From: Oscillospiraceae bacterium | GTDB lineage: Bacteria > Bacillota > Clostridia > Oscillospirales > Ruminococcaceae | Length of the DNA stretch: 64,000 nucleotides | Direction: 5' to 3' | NCBI GenBank assembly: GCA_036653595.1 | Contig: JAVVTQ010000006.1 | Coordinates: forward strand, 2,353-66,352 | Part shown: positions 1-9,503 of the stretch, piece after piece | How positions within the stretch are numbered: position 1 is the first letter of the stretch | Layout: every line of letters starts with the position of its first letter | Notes under the pieces: model-generated | The model's input: the letters and a program-made list of their open reading frames with translations, nothing else | Told to the model about the DNA's origin: nothing | Databases searched by the model: none | Program-made: the position numbers and the translations under genes

Positions 1-302
1 CCGTGGTCTTTTTTGCTGCCGAAATTATGCTGTGTTTTTCTCTTCCTATCAAGCAAAGAAACAGCCGCGCATATCGCAAGATAAAGCGCGACATCGCGAG
101 CGATGCTGTAAAGTAGGAATGAGGGCGCGGGTAAAGGCACTGCAAATCTCTTGACAAAAGCATCACAGGTAACGGACAAATTAACCGGCGCGAAACGGAT
201 GAAATTGTAGCCTTGCAAGATGGCTCTCGAAAAAAAATACGTCCTAATCACAGCGGCTTCATCAAAAGGACGGGGACGCAGACATGGCAAAGTGCTTATA
301 TC

Positions 303-335
303 AAAAAAACGGCAACCGCCAAAAGCCCGGTTACC
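303..335 (-). terminator. Putative intrinsic terminator downstream of mgsA
   Basis: Read on the minus strand, GGTAACCG...CGGTTGCC forms a stem (one G-U pair) followed by a run of seven T. It lies about 70 nt past the mgsA stop. Confidence 0.5.
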
Positions 336-403
336 ACCTCATTTAAAAAGATTGTTCATCTGCCATAGCGCGGCAGACGCCATTTTTCGAGATGTCACTT
401 CGC

Positions 404-844
404 CTATTTCTTAAGCTCCATGACGCTTCTCGGGTATTCGGCGTTCATAAATTCCGATGTGATCAAAAAATCTGCCGTCGCTTCATTGTTCGCCATGGGG
501 ATGTCGAAAACCTGCGCGATTCGAAGCAGTGCCTTGACGTCCGGATCATGTGGATGCGCAGAAAGAGGGTCTGAGAAAAAAATCAGGATATCGATTTTGC
601 CCTCGACTATGCGTGCGCCGATTTGCTGATCTCCACCGAGCGGTCCGCTGTTGAAGCCGCGAACAGGAAGTCCTGTCTCCTCGGATATGCGCTGTGCCGT
701 TGTGCCGGTTCCAACAAGAAAATGCCGTTCCAGCAGAGCCTTGTTGGTTCTGCACCACTCTATCATTGCGCCTTTCAAATTGTCATGCGCGATGAGCGCG
801 ATGTTCTTCTGCTTGTTCATCGGACTCAGTTTAATATTAGCCAT
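404..844 (-). CDS. mgsA: Methylglyoxal synthase
   Basis: 146 aa. [29 protein letters not shown] and [17 protein letters not shown] match the MgsA family signature. An SD (GAGGAGG) precedes the ATG. Confidence 0.93.
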   Translation of the reverse strand: MANIKLSPMNKQKNIALIAHDNLKGAMIEWCRTNKALLERHFLVGTGTTAQRISEETGLPVRGFNSGPLGGDQQIGARIVEGKIDILIFFSDPLSAHPHDPDVKALLRIAQVFDIPMANNEATADFLITSEFMNAEYPRSVMELKK

Positions 845-1012
845 TCATTTCCTCCTCTCAATAGTATTTACCCTTTTTGGGCAATATAAGCATAGCACAC
901 TTCGTCGATAAGTACAATATGACGCAGACGAATTTGTATACATTGCCAGTATTATTTACTGAAAGTCGATTGTTTTGGCGTGATGTTACTTTTTCGTGGG
1001 GGTGTGCTGACC

Positions 1013-1465
1013 TTATCCGACGGATACCAGCTTTGCCTTGCTTGCACCGCGCACCATGCCGAGACGCTTGACCAAATCCTCCAGCGGCTTTGCGACATGC
1101 GAGATGTCGGCCGAAATGACGACATTGGCAAGACCGTTTATCGGCAGATTTTGCATTATCGTCAGGATATTTGCGCCCTCCGCGGAAAGGGCAGCCAGTA
1201 CCTCGGACAGCACGCCCTGCTCGTGGTTTAGCATGAGAGAAAGCACCGCCATTCTGCCCGCGGTGTCGCTGTCGGGTGTGAATATAAAATCCTTGTATTT
1301 GTAATATGTGCTTCTGGAGATGCCCACGCGCTTCACGGCCTCACTGACCTCTCCGACAGCGCCCTCCGCGAGAAGGCTGCGCGCCTCGACAACTTTTTCA
1401 AAGTAATCGGGCAATATTCTCTTATCGACAATCAGGTATTCATTTTTCAAGGCAACCACCTCCAA
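1013..1465 (-). CDS. ACT domain protein (UPF0735 / PheB-like)
   Basis: N-terminal HTH-like segment (SRSTYYKYKD) followed by an ACT fold (AVLSLMLNHEQGVLSEVL). The start is uncertain: the ORF begins with TTG at 1465, but an in-frame TTG at 1450 sits 6 nt after GGAGGTG and overlaps the thrB stop. Confidence 0.8.
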   Translation of the reverse strand: MEVVALKNEYLIVDKRILPDYFEKVVEARSLLAEGAVGEVSEAVKRVGISRSTYYKYKDFIFTPDSDTAGRMAVLSLMLNHEQGVLSEVLAALSAEGANILTIMQNLPINGLANVVISADISHVAKPLEDLVKRLGMVRGASKAKLVSVG

Positions 1466-2348
1466 CTATTCTTGCTCCGTTGCGGTCAATATCGAGCAAA
1501 ACTGCGCTCCACTTGTGCTTTAGACCCTGCAAAGCCTCCGACATGCGCCTTGCATACTCGCCGTCGCTCTCCAGCAGGCACATACACGTCGGACCGGCAC
1601 CGCTTATGAAAAATGCGGCGGCTCCTGCGTTTTGCGCGGCGGCCTTGACCTCTTCAAAACCGGCTATCATCGATTTTCTGTACGGCTGATGCAGCCTATC
1701 CTCAAGTGACGCGCGCACAAGCCCCACGTCGCCGCGCGCCAACGCACCGATGAGCACCGCCGTGTGCGAGACGTTGAAAACAGCATCGGCAAAATCAACC
1801 TCAACGGGCAAAAGTCTGCGCGCCTCATGCGTCTGTGTTTCAAAATCCGGAATCAGGGCACAGAATTTAAACTTTTCTGAAATTTCAAGGGACACGCATT
1901 TTGGAGCGCCGTGATCGAGCAGAGATGCGGTGAATCCGCCCAAAAGAGCGGGTGCAACATTGTCCGGATGTCCCTCAAGCCTTGTGGCGACTGCCAGAAG
2001 CTCTTCTGCTGACAGACAATATTCGAGCATGGCGTTCGCCGCGCACACGCCTGCGACAATCATTGCTGCGCTGGAACCAAGCCCACGCGAAACGGGTATG
2101 TCGGATTTTATATCGAGCCGAATGCCCGGCAGAGGTACACCTGCCTTTTCATAAACTTTCTTGAATGCGACATATGCCAGATTTTGGTCATTGGCATATT
2201 TATTGTCACAGCCTCTTATTTCCAAAGCTCCGGCGTCGAGCCTTGAAAAGCCAATTTCGCAGTAAAGTGAAAGCGCCAATCCGAGCGAGTCAAATCCAGG
2301 CCCGATATTTGCGGAAGTTGCCGGCACTCTGACGGTTACCTGTTCCAA
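1440..2348 (-). CDS. thrB: Homoserine kinase
   Basis: 302 aa. VPATSANIGPGFDSLGLAL and the GHMP kinase motif SRGLGSSAA. Overlaps the thrC stop by 13 nt. Confidence 0.93.
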   Translation of the reverse strand: MEQVTVRVPATSANIGPGFDSLGLALSLYCEIGFSRLDAGALEIRGCDNKYANDQNLAYVAFKKVYEKAGVPLPGIRLDIKSDIPVSRGLGSSAAMIVAGVCAANAMLEYCLSAEELLAVATRLEGHPDNVAPALLGGFTASLLDHGAPKCVSLEISEKFKFCALIPDFETQTHEARRLLPVEVDFADAVFNVSHTAVLIGALARGDVGLVRASLEDRLHQPYRKSMIAGFEEVKAAAQNAGAAAFFISGAGPTCMCLLESDGEYARRMSEALQGLKHKWSAVLLDIDRNGARIVGGGCLEK

Positions 2349-3823
2349 TTCTCTTCACCGGCCTTTCTCAAAACATAGTCCCACAATTTGTCCAAATCTT
2401 CCTCATCGCGGTGCAGCACGGGCAGTGCTTGCAGAGTTCGAAGCTTTTCGGGAATCGTAACGCCCGTCATCAAATGCAGCTTCTCCATCGCGGCAAATTC
2501 GCCGCCGTCGATCTCCTCGCCGAGCGCGGCGAGAACGGTGTTACAGAATTTGTAAGGAGAAGCTGTGGACAAGACAACGGTAGGGCAGCCGTTGCCAGAG
2601 GCTCTGTCAAACTCCGTCGCCACGCGCCACGCCACCGCCGTGTGTGGGTCCAGCAGATAGCTGTGCTTTGCGTATACCTGACCGATTGTGTCAAGAGTCT
2701 TGTTTTGTGAGCAGAACCCGCAGTCAAAGCTTTCACGCAGCGTTTGGAGCGCGTTTTCACCGATAGAATACTCTCCGCGTTCGCGCAGCTCGTCCATAAG
2801 CCGCGCCGTTTCATTGTCACCCAAAAGCAAAAACAAAAGCCGCTCTAGGTTGCTTGAAATGAGTATATCCATTGACGGAGAGGAGGTTTTTACAAAATCG
2901 CGGTGTCTGTTGTAGACACCCGTCCTCAAAAAGTCTGTGAGCACGTTGTTCTCATTGGATGCGCATATTAGCTTGGCGACAGGCAGCCCCATGAGCTTTG
3001 CCATATACCCCGCCAAAATATCGCCGAAGTTCCCCGTCGGCACAGCAAAGTTGACCCTGGTGCCTGCACTCAGCGCGCCGCGGTTGATGAGGTCGCGGTA
3101 TGCGCAGAAATAGTAGGTTATCTGCGGCACGAGGCGGCCGATATTGATTGAGTTGGCGCTTGAAAGCAGCTGCTTTTTAGGCAGCGGATTCAGCGTCTTC
3201 GACCTTGAAAAAATTTCCTTTACGGCATTTTGTGCGTCGTCAAAGTTTCCGCGGACGCCGCAAACAGCGACATTTCCCCCCGCTGATGTCACCATCTGAA
3301 GCCGCTGAACCTCACTCACGCCGTCCTTTGGGTAAAATACAATTATTCTGATACCGTCGGCGCCGGAAAAACCCTCGAGTGCCGCTTTTCCGGTGTCGCC
3401 GCTGGTGGCCGTGAGGATGAGCGTTTGACCCTGCACCCCCAGCTTTTTTCTGGCGGCCGCCATTAGCTGAGGCAAAACGGAGAGCGCAATATCTTTGAAG
3501 GCGCACGTAGGCCCATGATAAAGCTCCAAAACAAATTTGCTGCCCACGGCGACGAGCGGTGCAAGAGCGCCGCCCTCAAATTTGTTCTCATATGAAGCTG
3601 AGATGATGTCACCGATGCAGTCCTTACCGAAATCGGGCAGAAGACCGCCGACGATATCCTCGGCTATCGCAAGGTCGCTCTTTTTGAGAAGAGCCTTGAG
3701 GTCCTGCTGCTGCGGCAAAAAGTCGTCTGTCATGTAAAGTCCGCCGTCCGGCGCTATTCCGCGCAGCACTGCTTCGCAGGCGTTGGCGGTCAGAGAGCAG
3801 TTTCGTGAGCTTTTGTAAATCAT
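2336..3823 (-). CDS. thrC: Threonine synthase (long form)
   Basis: 495 aa. N-terminus YKSSRN...APDGGLYM. PLP-lysine region HGPTCAFKD and SGDTGKAA. Confidence 0.93.
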   Translation of the reverse strand: MIYKSSRNCSLTANACEAVLRGIAPDGGLYMTDDFLPQQQDLKALLKKSDLAIAEDIVGGLLPDFGKDCIGDIISASYENKFEGGALAPLVAVGSKFVLELYHGPTCAFKDIALSVLPQLMAAARKKLGVQGQTLILTATSGDTGKAALEGFSGADGIRIIVFYPKDGVSEVQRLQMVTSAGGNVAVCGVRGNFDDAQNAVKEIFSRSKTLNPLPKKQLLSSANSINIGRLVPQITYYFCAYRDLINRGALSAGTRVNFAVPTGNFGDILAGYMAKLMGLPVAKLICASNENNVLTDFLRTGVYNRHRDFVKTSSPSMDILISSNLERLLFLLLGDNETARLMDELRERGEYSIGENALQTLRESFDCGFCSQNKTLDTIGQVYAKHSYLLDPHTAVAWRVATEFDRASGNGCPTVVLSTASPYKFCNTVLAALGEEIDGGEFAAMEKLHLMTGVTIPEKLRTLQALPVLHRDEEDLDKLWDYVLRKAGEENWNR

Positions 3824-3932
3824 GTGTTATTTTCCTTTTTGCTATTGCAATTCAATAATAAATATGATAACGTGTTTCCTATGGAAATACAAGTGTCTTT
3901 GCTATAAAGACATATCAAGGAGCGAAATTTAT

Positions 3933-5105
3933 ATGAATATTGGAATTATGGGCTTTGGAAATGTCGGGCGCGGGGCATACAATGTGATATCCGACAAAAA
4001 AACCGGACTGTGCGTCAAAAGAATTCTAGATATCGGTGCCTTACCCGGCTATGAATCGCTTTTGACTACGAAGCCGGCGGATATATTTGAGGATGGCGAA
4101 ATAGACGCTGTAGTCGAGTCGATAGGCGGGATAGAGCCGGCGCGGTCATATGTGCTGGCTGCCCTCAGAGCAAAAAAACATGTGGTCACGGCGAACAAGC
4201 AGCTTATAAGCGCCTGTGGGGAGGAGCTGGAGGCAGCTGCGCAGGAGAACAAAGTCGAGCTTCGTTATTCTGCGAGTGTCGGCGGAGGAATACCCTGGCT
4301 TTTTTCGCTCTCGCGTGCGGCGCGAACAGACGAAATAATTGAGGTTGGCGGCATCGTCAACGGGACGACCAACTTCATTCTGGACGCCATGACAAAGCAG
4401 GGTGCAGATTTTGATGATACGCTCAAAGAAGCGCAGAGACTGGGATTTGCGGAGTCTGACCCGTCGGCGGATATCGATGCCCTCGACTCTCACAGAAAGT
4501 GCGTGATAAGCGCAAGGTGCGCGTTTAATGCGGCTGTAACGGAGCAGGATATCCCGTTTTTCGGCATAAGGGATATAAAAGGCTTTGATATAGAGCGGTT
4601 CAAATCGCTTAAAAGGGTGTGCAAGCTTTTCATCTTTGCAAAAAAGCAAGGCGGCGCGGTAAGTGCGTTTGCGGAGCCGACGCTTTTTGCCGACACGGCA
4701 GTTGAAGGTGCCATTCCGAGCAATTATAATTTCATCTACCTTGTCGGCGCCCGTTCCGGCAAGCTCGGCTTTTTCGGACAGGGCGCGGGCAGCGACCCGA
4801 CAGGAGCGACAGTTGTCGCGGATCTCGCCGACATCGCATTTCGGCACGACGGCGCAAATACAAGGCACCCAGAGGCTTTCCAAATTGCCAACGACACGGC
4901 GTGCCACAGCTATTACGTGAGAACTTCCAATGCAAGTGCGGCGGATGAGTTCTATGCGGAAAGCGACGATAAAAGCGAAATAGATGGCAATTATGTGTGC
5001 ATTACAAAGCCGCTTCCCGTTTCATACATGCATCAAAAAGCAAAAAAAATGAAAGAGCTTGACCCGCATTTGTTTTTTGCCGGGCTTTATGAGGATAAAG
5101 TATGA
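3933..5105 (+). CDS. hom: Homoserine dehydrogenase
   Basis: Start moved to the ATG at 3933 (SD AAGGAG at about 3918), giving MNIGIMGFGNVGRG as the Rossmann N-terminus. VTANKQL, GGGIPW, GIVNGTTNFIL and AQRLGFAESDPSADIDALD are typical. The tracked 427-aa ORF carries a spurious N-terminal extension. Confidence 0.92.
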   Translation: MNIGIMGFGNVGRGAYNVISDKKTGLCVKRILDIGALPGYESLLTTKPADIFEDGEIDAVVESIGGIEPARSYVLAALRAKKHVVTANKQLISACGEELEAAAQENKVELRYSASVGGGIPWLFSLSRAARTDEIIEVGGIVNGTTNFILDAMTKQGADFDDTLKEAQRLGFAESDPSADIDALDSHRKCVISARCAFNAAVTEQDIPFFGIRDIKGFDIERFKSLKRVCKLFIFAKKQGGAVSAFAEPTLFADTAVEGAIPSNYNFIYLVGARSGKLGFFGQGAGSDPTGATVVADLADIAFRHDGANTRHPEAFQIANDTACHSYYVRTSNASAADEFYAESDDKSEIDGNYVCITKPLPVSYMHQKAKKMKELDPHLFFAGLYEDKV

Positions 5106-6418
5106 TTATAGTTGCAAAATTCGGCGGCTCTTCTCTCGCGGACTCACGTCAATTCAAAAAGGTGCGCGATATTGTGCATTTTGACGAGTCGAGGAGTATT
5201 GTTGTTCTCTCGGCACCGGGAAAAAGAAGCGGGGACGACCATAAAATCACAGATTTGCTGTACCTGTGCCACGCGCACCTCAAATACGGCGTATCCTATA
5301 GCGACATTTTTGAGCTTATCAAAGAGCGCTTTTTTGAAATCGCGGCTGAGTGTGAAATCGAACTTGACCTTGAACTCGAATTTGCCGAAATTGCGTCAAA
5401 AATGAACAAACACATGTCGATGGATTATCTCGCCTCGCGCGGAGAGTATCTCGCAGCAAAGCTCATGGCAAAATACATCGGATATGAATTTGTCGATGCC
5501 TCCGAGCTGATTTTCTTCGGATATGACGGAAAGGTCGACTTTCAAAAGACAAATGATGCGATAGCGAGGGCGCACGAAAGCTTTGGAAATATTGCAATAC
5601 CGGGCTTTTACGGCTCCATGCCGGACGGAAAAATCAGGACGTTTTCGCGCGGCGGTTCCGACATAACGGGTGCTATTGCAGCGGCTGCGGTAAATGCAAA
5701 TACGTATGAAAACTGGACAGACGTTGCAGGAATTCTGATGGCGGATCCGCATATTGTGGAGAACCCGAGAGCTATAGAGCGCATAACATACAGTGAGCTG
5801 CGCGAGCTTTCATACATGGGCGCCGAGGTGTTGCATGAGGATGCGGTTTTGCCTGTGCGAAATGGCAAGATACCGCTCAACATAAGAAATACAAATTCAC
5901 CTAACTCAAACGGAACCTACATACAAGAGAGCTTTGAGGAAAATGCCGAGGAGCTTTCACGCTTTATCACGGGAATATCAGGCAAAAAACATTTTTCAAT
6001 AATAACGCTTGCAAAAAGCGGCATGTCCGGCGGCTTTGGAACTGTCCGAAAAGCGCTGGAGGCCACAGAAAAATTCTCTGTCAATGTCGAGCATGTGCTG
6101 AGCGGGGTGGATAGCTTTTCGCTCGTGGTGTCAACTGACGCTGTGTCGCGATGTATTTATGATTTGATTTCCGAAATAAAAAGGCTGTGTGAGCCGGACA
6201 CTATCGGCGTGGCCGACGGGATAAGCCTGGTCGCGGTTGTCGGGCGCCGCATGGCACAAAAGCCCGGTATTTCCGGAAAGCTCTTTCGAGCGCTCGGAGA
6301 CAACGGAATCAATATAAGAATGATAGACCAAGGCGCGGACGAAATCAACATAATTGTTGGTGTAAATGACAGCGATTTCCAAAAAACCATACGTGTACTA
6401 TATAACAGCTTTGCTTGA
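5102..6418 (+). CDS. Aspartate kinase (YclM/aspartokinase III-like, C-terminal ACT domains)
   Basis: VAKFGGSSLAD, VVLSAPGKR, FSRGGSDITGA. The C-terminus has ACT-type repeats. The ATGA start overlaps the hom stop. Confidence 0.9.
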   Translation: MIIVAKFGGSSLADSRQFKKVRDIVHFDESRSIVVLSAPGKRSGDDHKITDLLYLCHAHLKYGVSYSDIFELIKERFFEIAAECEIELDLELEFAEIASKMNKHMSMDYLASRGEYLAAKLMAKYIGYEFVDASELIFFGYDGKVDFQKTNDAIARAHESFGNIAIPGFYGSMPDGKIRTFSRGGSDITGAIAAAAVNANTYENWTDVAGILMADPHIVENPRAIERITYSELRELSYMGAEVLHEDAVLPVRNGKIPLNIRNTNSPNSNGTYIQESFEENAEELSRFITGISGKKHFSIITLAKSGMSGGFGTVRKALEATEKFSVNVEHVLSGVDSFSLVVSTDAVSRCIYDLISEIKRLCEPDTIGVADGISLVAVVGRRMAQKPGISGKLFRALGDNGINIRMIDQGADEINIIVGVNDSDFQKTIRVLYNSFA

Positions 6419-6441
6419 TTTATAAAAGGAGTGCAATGCAT

Positions 6442-7449
6442 ATGATTAAAAACTTAAATATCGCGGTGCTGGGAGCGACGGGCGCCGTGGGCTGCGAAAT
6501 GGTGAGGATACTCGAGGAACGGGGATTTCCCATAGGAAAACTCAGGCTTTTGGCCAGCGGGAGAAGTGCCGGGAGGGAAATTCTGTACGGGAAGACAAAG
6601 CTCTACGTCGAGGAAGCGCGCGAGGGCTCATTTGACGACATGGACATTGTGCTTGGTGTTGCGAGCAACGAGCTTGCAGCAAAGTATGCGCCATCAATAA
6701 AGCGGGCGGGCGCGGTATTTGTTGACAACTCGAGCGCTTTTCGCATGCGTGACGATGTACCTCTGGTGATTCCGGAAATAAACGGCGGCGATGTGCGCCT
6801 TCATAATGGCATAATTTCCAACCCGAACTGCTCGACAATAATCGCCCTCATGGCGATAAACGGCATAAATACACTTTCTCCGATAACGCACATGATAGCC
6901 TCGACATATCAGGCTGTCAGCGGCGCCGGCGCAAACGGCATACTCGAGCTGGAGACGCAGATTAAAGAGTCGGCGAACGGCGACAACCCGACGGTTAACC
7001 TGTTTCAGCACCAGATTGTCTGCAATCTCATCCCACAGATAGGCTCTTTTGGCGCAGACGGCTACACAACAGAGGAGATGAAGATGCAAAACGAGGGCAG
7101 AAAAATTTTGCATCTGCCGAATCTGAAGGTCAGCTGCACCTGCGTGCGCGTGCCGGTGATGCGCAGTCACTCGATTTCCATCAATGTGTTTACAAAAAGC
7201 GCCATCGATGTGGCCGAGGCGCGAGCGGCAATTGCAAAAATGGCGGGCTGCCGCTTGGTGGACGACCCCGAAAACTCGGTATATCCGATGCCGCTTGAGA
7301 CGAGCGATCAGGACGCTGTCTTTGTCGGCAGAATGCGCCGTGACCTGACCGATGACAGAGGAATTTCGCTCTGGTGCTGCGGCGATCAGCTGCGAAAGGG
7401 CGCGGCAACGAATGCGGTGCAGATAGCGGAGCTTGTCGCGAGGCTCTGA
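6442..7449 (+). CDS. asd: Aspartate-semialdehyde dehydrogenase
   Basis: VLGATGAVG, SNPNCSTI (active-site Cys), STYQAVSGAG and GDQLRKGAATNAVQIAE. SD AAAGGAG at 6425-6431. The ATG at 6436 or 6442 could both serve as the start. Confidence 0.92.
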   Translation: MIKNLNIAVLGATGAVGCEMVRILEERGFPIGKLRLLASGRSAGREILYGKTKLYVEEAREGSFDDMDIVLGVASNELAAKYAPSIKRAGAVFVDNSSAFRMRDDVPLVIPEINGGDVRLHNGIISNPNCSTIIALMAINGINTLSPITHMIASTYQAVSGAGANGILELETQIKESANGDNPTVNLFQHQIVCNLIPQIGSFGADGYTTEEMKMQNEGRKILHLPNLKVSCTCVRVPVMRSHSISINVFTKSAIDVAEARAAIAKMAGCRLVDDPENSVYPMPLETSDQDAVFVGRMRRDLTDDRGISLWCCGDQLRKGAATNAVQIAELVARL

Positions 7450-7465
7450 TATTAGACAAAATAAA

Positions 7466-7505
7466 GAACCTTGCCGGGCTATTCCCTGCAAGGCTCTTTT
7501 GTTTT
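7466..7505. terminator. Intrinsic terminator between convergent asd and the GtrA-family gene
   Basis: AGAACCTTGC...GCAAGGCTCT stem with one mismatch, followed by TTTTGTTTT. Confidence 0.6.
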
Positions 7506-7539
7506 ATGCTCTTTATGCGCAATTGCGCCAAAAGAGGTT

Positions 7540-8022
7540 TTACTTGACAGAAGTAGTGCTTTGAGCAGCGGCTTCGGCGCGCTCTTTTTCTTTTTTTGCG
7601 AGGTCGTTTGTATTGATGCTTCCGCGGTAGACAAAGAACTTGCACACGAGAAATTCCGTCACGAAATTGAGAATCATCGTCACTATCAAAACAACGAAAT
7701 CAGGAATTTCCAAGGTCTTTGAGCAATAGTCGCCGGCAATCGTCGTCACAGGAGTGAACACACAGTAATAGGCGATGATTTTGAGCATGGCGACCGGTAC
7801 GTTTGTGGCGGATTTAAAGGTAAAGCGCCTGTTGACCGTGAAATTGAAGAGCACCGACAAAATGAGCGAAATCAAATATGACGGCCAGTACGGTTCTATT
7901 ATCATGCTCAGCAGCGTGAAGCTGCCAATTTGAATCAGTCCGGCAGAGCAGGAGAACAATAAAAATTTGAGTGCCTGTATATTGCTTTCTCGCTTGCTTA
8001 GTTTCTCGTTTTCTTTTTCCAT
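7540..8022 (-). CDS. GtrA family membrane protein
   Basis: 160 aa with four predicted TM segments. NFTVNRRFTFKS is the typical GtrA-like motif. Confidence 0.75.
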   Translation of the reverse strand: MEKENEKLSKRESNIQALKFLLFSCSAGLIQIGSFTLLSMIIEPYWPSYLISLILSVLFNFTVNRRFTFKSATNVPVAMLKIIAYYCVFTPVTTIAGDYCSKTLEIPDFVVLIVTMILNFVTEFLVCKFFVYRGSINTNDLAKKEKERAEAAAQSTTSVK

Positions 8023-8028
8023 TATGCT

Positions 8029-9213
8029 CTACTTTCTTTCAGAATGTTTTCTGTACGCTCTGTCTATCTCCATGACAGGGAATATCGTGGAGTCATAGGC
8101 GGCTATCCCTGCCGCAATAAAGCCGTTTAGGTTGTCTGCATTGCCTTTAAAGTCTGTCGGGACTGCGACATCGAAAATTACCTTGATGTGGTTGTGGGTT
8201 CTCACGGCGCGAAAATCGTGTATTTCCAGCTTTTCATCGATGGATGCAACGATTTCAACGACTTTGTTTTTGATAGCGGTCATCTCATCATCCAGCTTGA
8301 CGACAGGGTCGAGGTGGATGACGAGCTTGACGCCCAACTCCGACTCGACATCGCGTTCAATGTCGTCGAGCACACCGTGGCTGACAAGAGGACTTTCCTC
8401 TGCGGACATCTCCACATGAACGGTGGCAAAGCGCGTCGCGGGTCCATAGCTGTGCACGAGAAGATCATGCAGTCCCAGCACGCCGGGGTAGGACATTATC
8501 TTGTTGTATATACTGTCTATCAGTGCCTGGTCGGGCGCCTCTCCGATGAGCGGGTTCAGCGCTCTTTTCAAAATAGAAAGCCCTGAGATAATGATAAACA
8601 CCGCCACGACTGCGCCGACATAGCCGTCGAGGTTTATGTCAAAGGCATATTGGAACACAGCACAAGCCAAAACGGCGGAGGTGGTTATCATATCGTTGAG
8701 ACTGTCGCTCGCAGCTGCGAGCAGCACGGTGCTGTCGATTTTTTTTGAGACGGCTATGTACAGGTTGCGCATAAAAAACTTGACCAGCACCGCGAGAATT
8801 AGCACGCCGAAAGTTATGGCCGAAAACTCAACAGAAGCGGGCGTTATAATTTTTTCCACAGAGCTTTTTAGCAGCTGTGTGCCGATTATTTCGATAACTA
8901 TGGCGATGAAAGCGCCGGAAAGATACTCAATGCGCGCGTGTCCAAAGGGGTGCTCGTTGTCTGCTGGCTTGCCGGAGAGCTTAAAGCTGAGAACGGTCAC
9001 GGCAGAAGAACCCGCATCGGACAGGTTGTTTATCGCGTCCGCGATTATCGCAAGGCTCCCGGAGACGAGGCCGACGAGCAGCTTTACTGCAAACAAAAAC
9101 GCATTGCAGGCAAGCCCGACAGCACCGGCAAAGGTTCCAAACGCGCCGCGCGAGCGCTTCTTGCCGCCACCGCGCGCAAAGCGTTCTACTATTATTTTAC
9201 TTAACAAGTTCAC
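8029..9213 (-). CDS. Cation diffusion facilitator (CDF) family transporter
   Basis: SLAIIADAINNLSD and HPFGHARIEY motifs, six TM segments and a C-terminal cytoplasmic dimerisation domain. Confidence 0.88.
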   Translation of the reverse strand: MNLLSKIIVERFARGGGKKRSRGAFGTFAGAVGLACNAFLFAVKLLVGLVSGSLAIIADAINNLSDAGSSAVTVLSFKLSGKPADNEHPFGHARIEYLSGAFIAIVIEIIGTQLLKSSVEKIITPASVEFSAITFGVLILAVLVKFFMRNLYIAVSKKIDSTVLLAAASDSLNDMITTSAVLACAVFQYAFDINLDGYVGAVVAVFIIISGLSILKRALNPLIGEAPDQALIDSIYNKIMSYPGVLGLHDLLVHSYGPATRFATVHVEMSAEESPLVSHGVLDDIERDVESELGVKLVIHLDPVVKLDDEMTAIKNKVVEIVASIDEKLEIHDFRAVRTHNHIKVIFDVAVPTDFKGNADNLNGFIAAGIAAYDSTIFPVMEIDRAYRKHSERK

Positions 9214-9503
9214 TCATCCTTTGTTTCGGTGCGCTGACCGACATAGGTGAATCTCTTTACCGTTTCACCGTTATAGTCCACACTCTCGTTCCACATCTCA
9301 GCAGGGCGCACCCATATGCCGCGGTCACCGTACAGCGCGCGGTAGACAACCATTGGCTCGCGCGTCTCGCTGTGTATTGCGACGCCGTAAGCCTCATACA
9401 GGTTCCCCTTAAAGTGGCGATAGATTCCCGAAACGATTGATTCCTTGAAGTGATTCAACAAATCTTCAGACATGTCAATTTCCTCCGTCAGTGATTTAAA
9501 CAC
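9210..9503 (-). CDS. DUF1653 domain protein
   Basis: 97 aa. YRHFKGNLYEAYGVAIHSETREPMVVYRALYGD...WVRP is the DUF1653 pattern. Overlaps both neighbours. Confidence 0.75.
   Translation of the reverse strand: MFKSLTEEIDMSEDLLNHFKESIVSGIYRHFKGNLYEAYGVAIHSETREPMVVYRALYGDRGIWVRPAEMWNESVDYNGETVKRFTYVGQRTETKDE

Noticed and set aside
1-94. Possible N-terminal fragment of a minus-strand gene running off the left edge (ATG at 94, MSRFILRYARLF...)
   Set aside because: Only about 31 codons are visible. There is no recognisable motif and no clear SD, so the call cannot be supported.
220-414. 64-aa plus-strand ORF at the left end, and other short ORFs in 220-900
   Set aside because: No SD, basic low-complexity sequence, and overlap with the mgsA terminator region and the mgsA gene itself.
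3822-3932. N-terminal extensions in tracked ORFs (hom, coaX, dCMP deaminase, nrdD, YdbT-like, permease at 61861, lysS, ftsE, rsmA, PatB-like and the TSUP first half)
   Set aside because: In each case an internal start with a proper SD reproduces the family-typical N-terminus. The extensions overlap upstream genes, promoters or terminators.
4146-4907. Long ORFs antisense to well-supported genes. Examples: 4146-4907, 6694-7491, 10058-11047, 19498-20274, 25899-26675, 45137-45766, 45863-46648, 54210-54818 and 57203-57916.
   Set aside because: Each lies fully inside a confidently recognised gene on the opposite strand. Their composition is Arg/Cys/His-rich and low in complexity, and none has a recognisable motif or SD. 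This is the usual open-frame artefact opposite GC-rich coding sequence.
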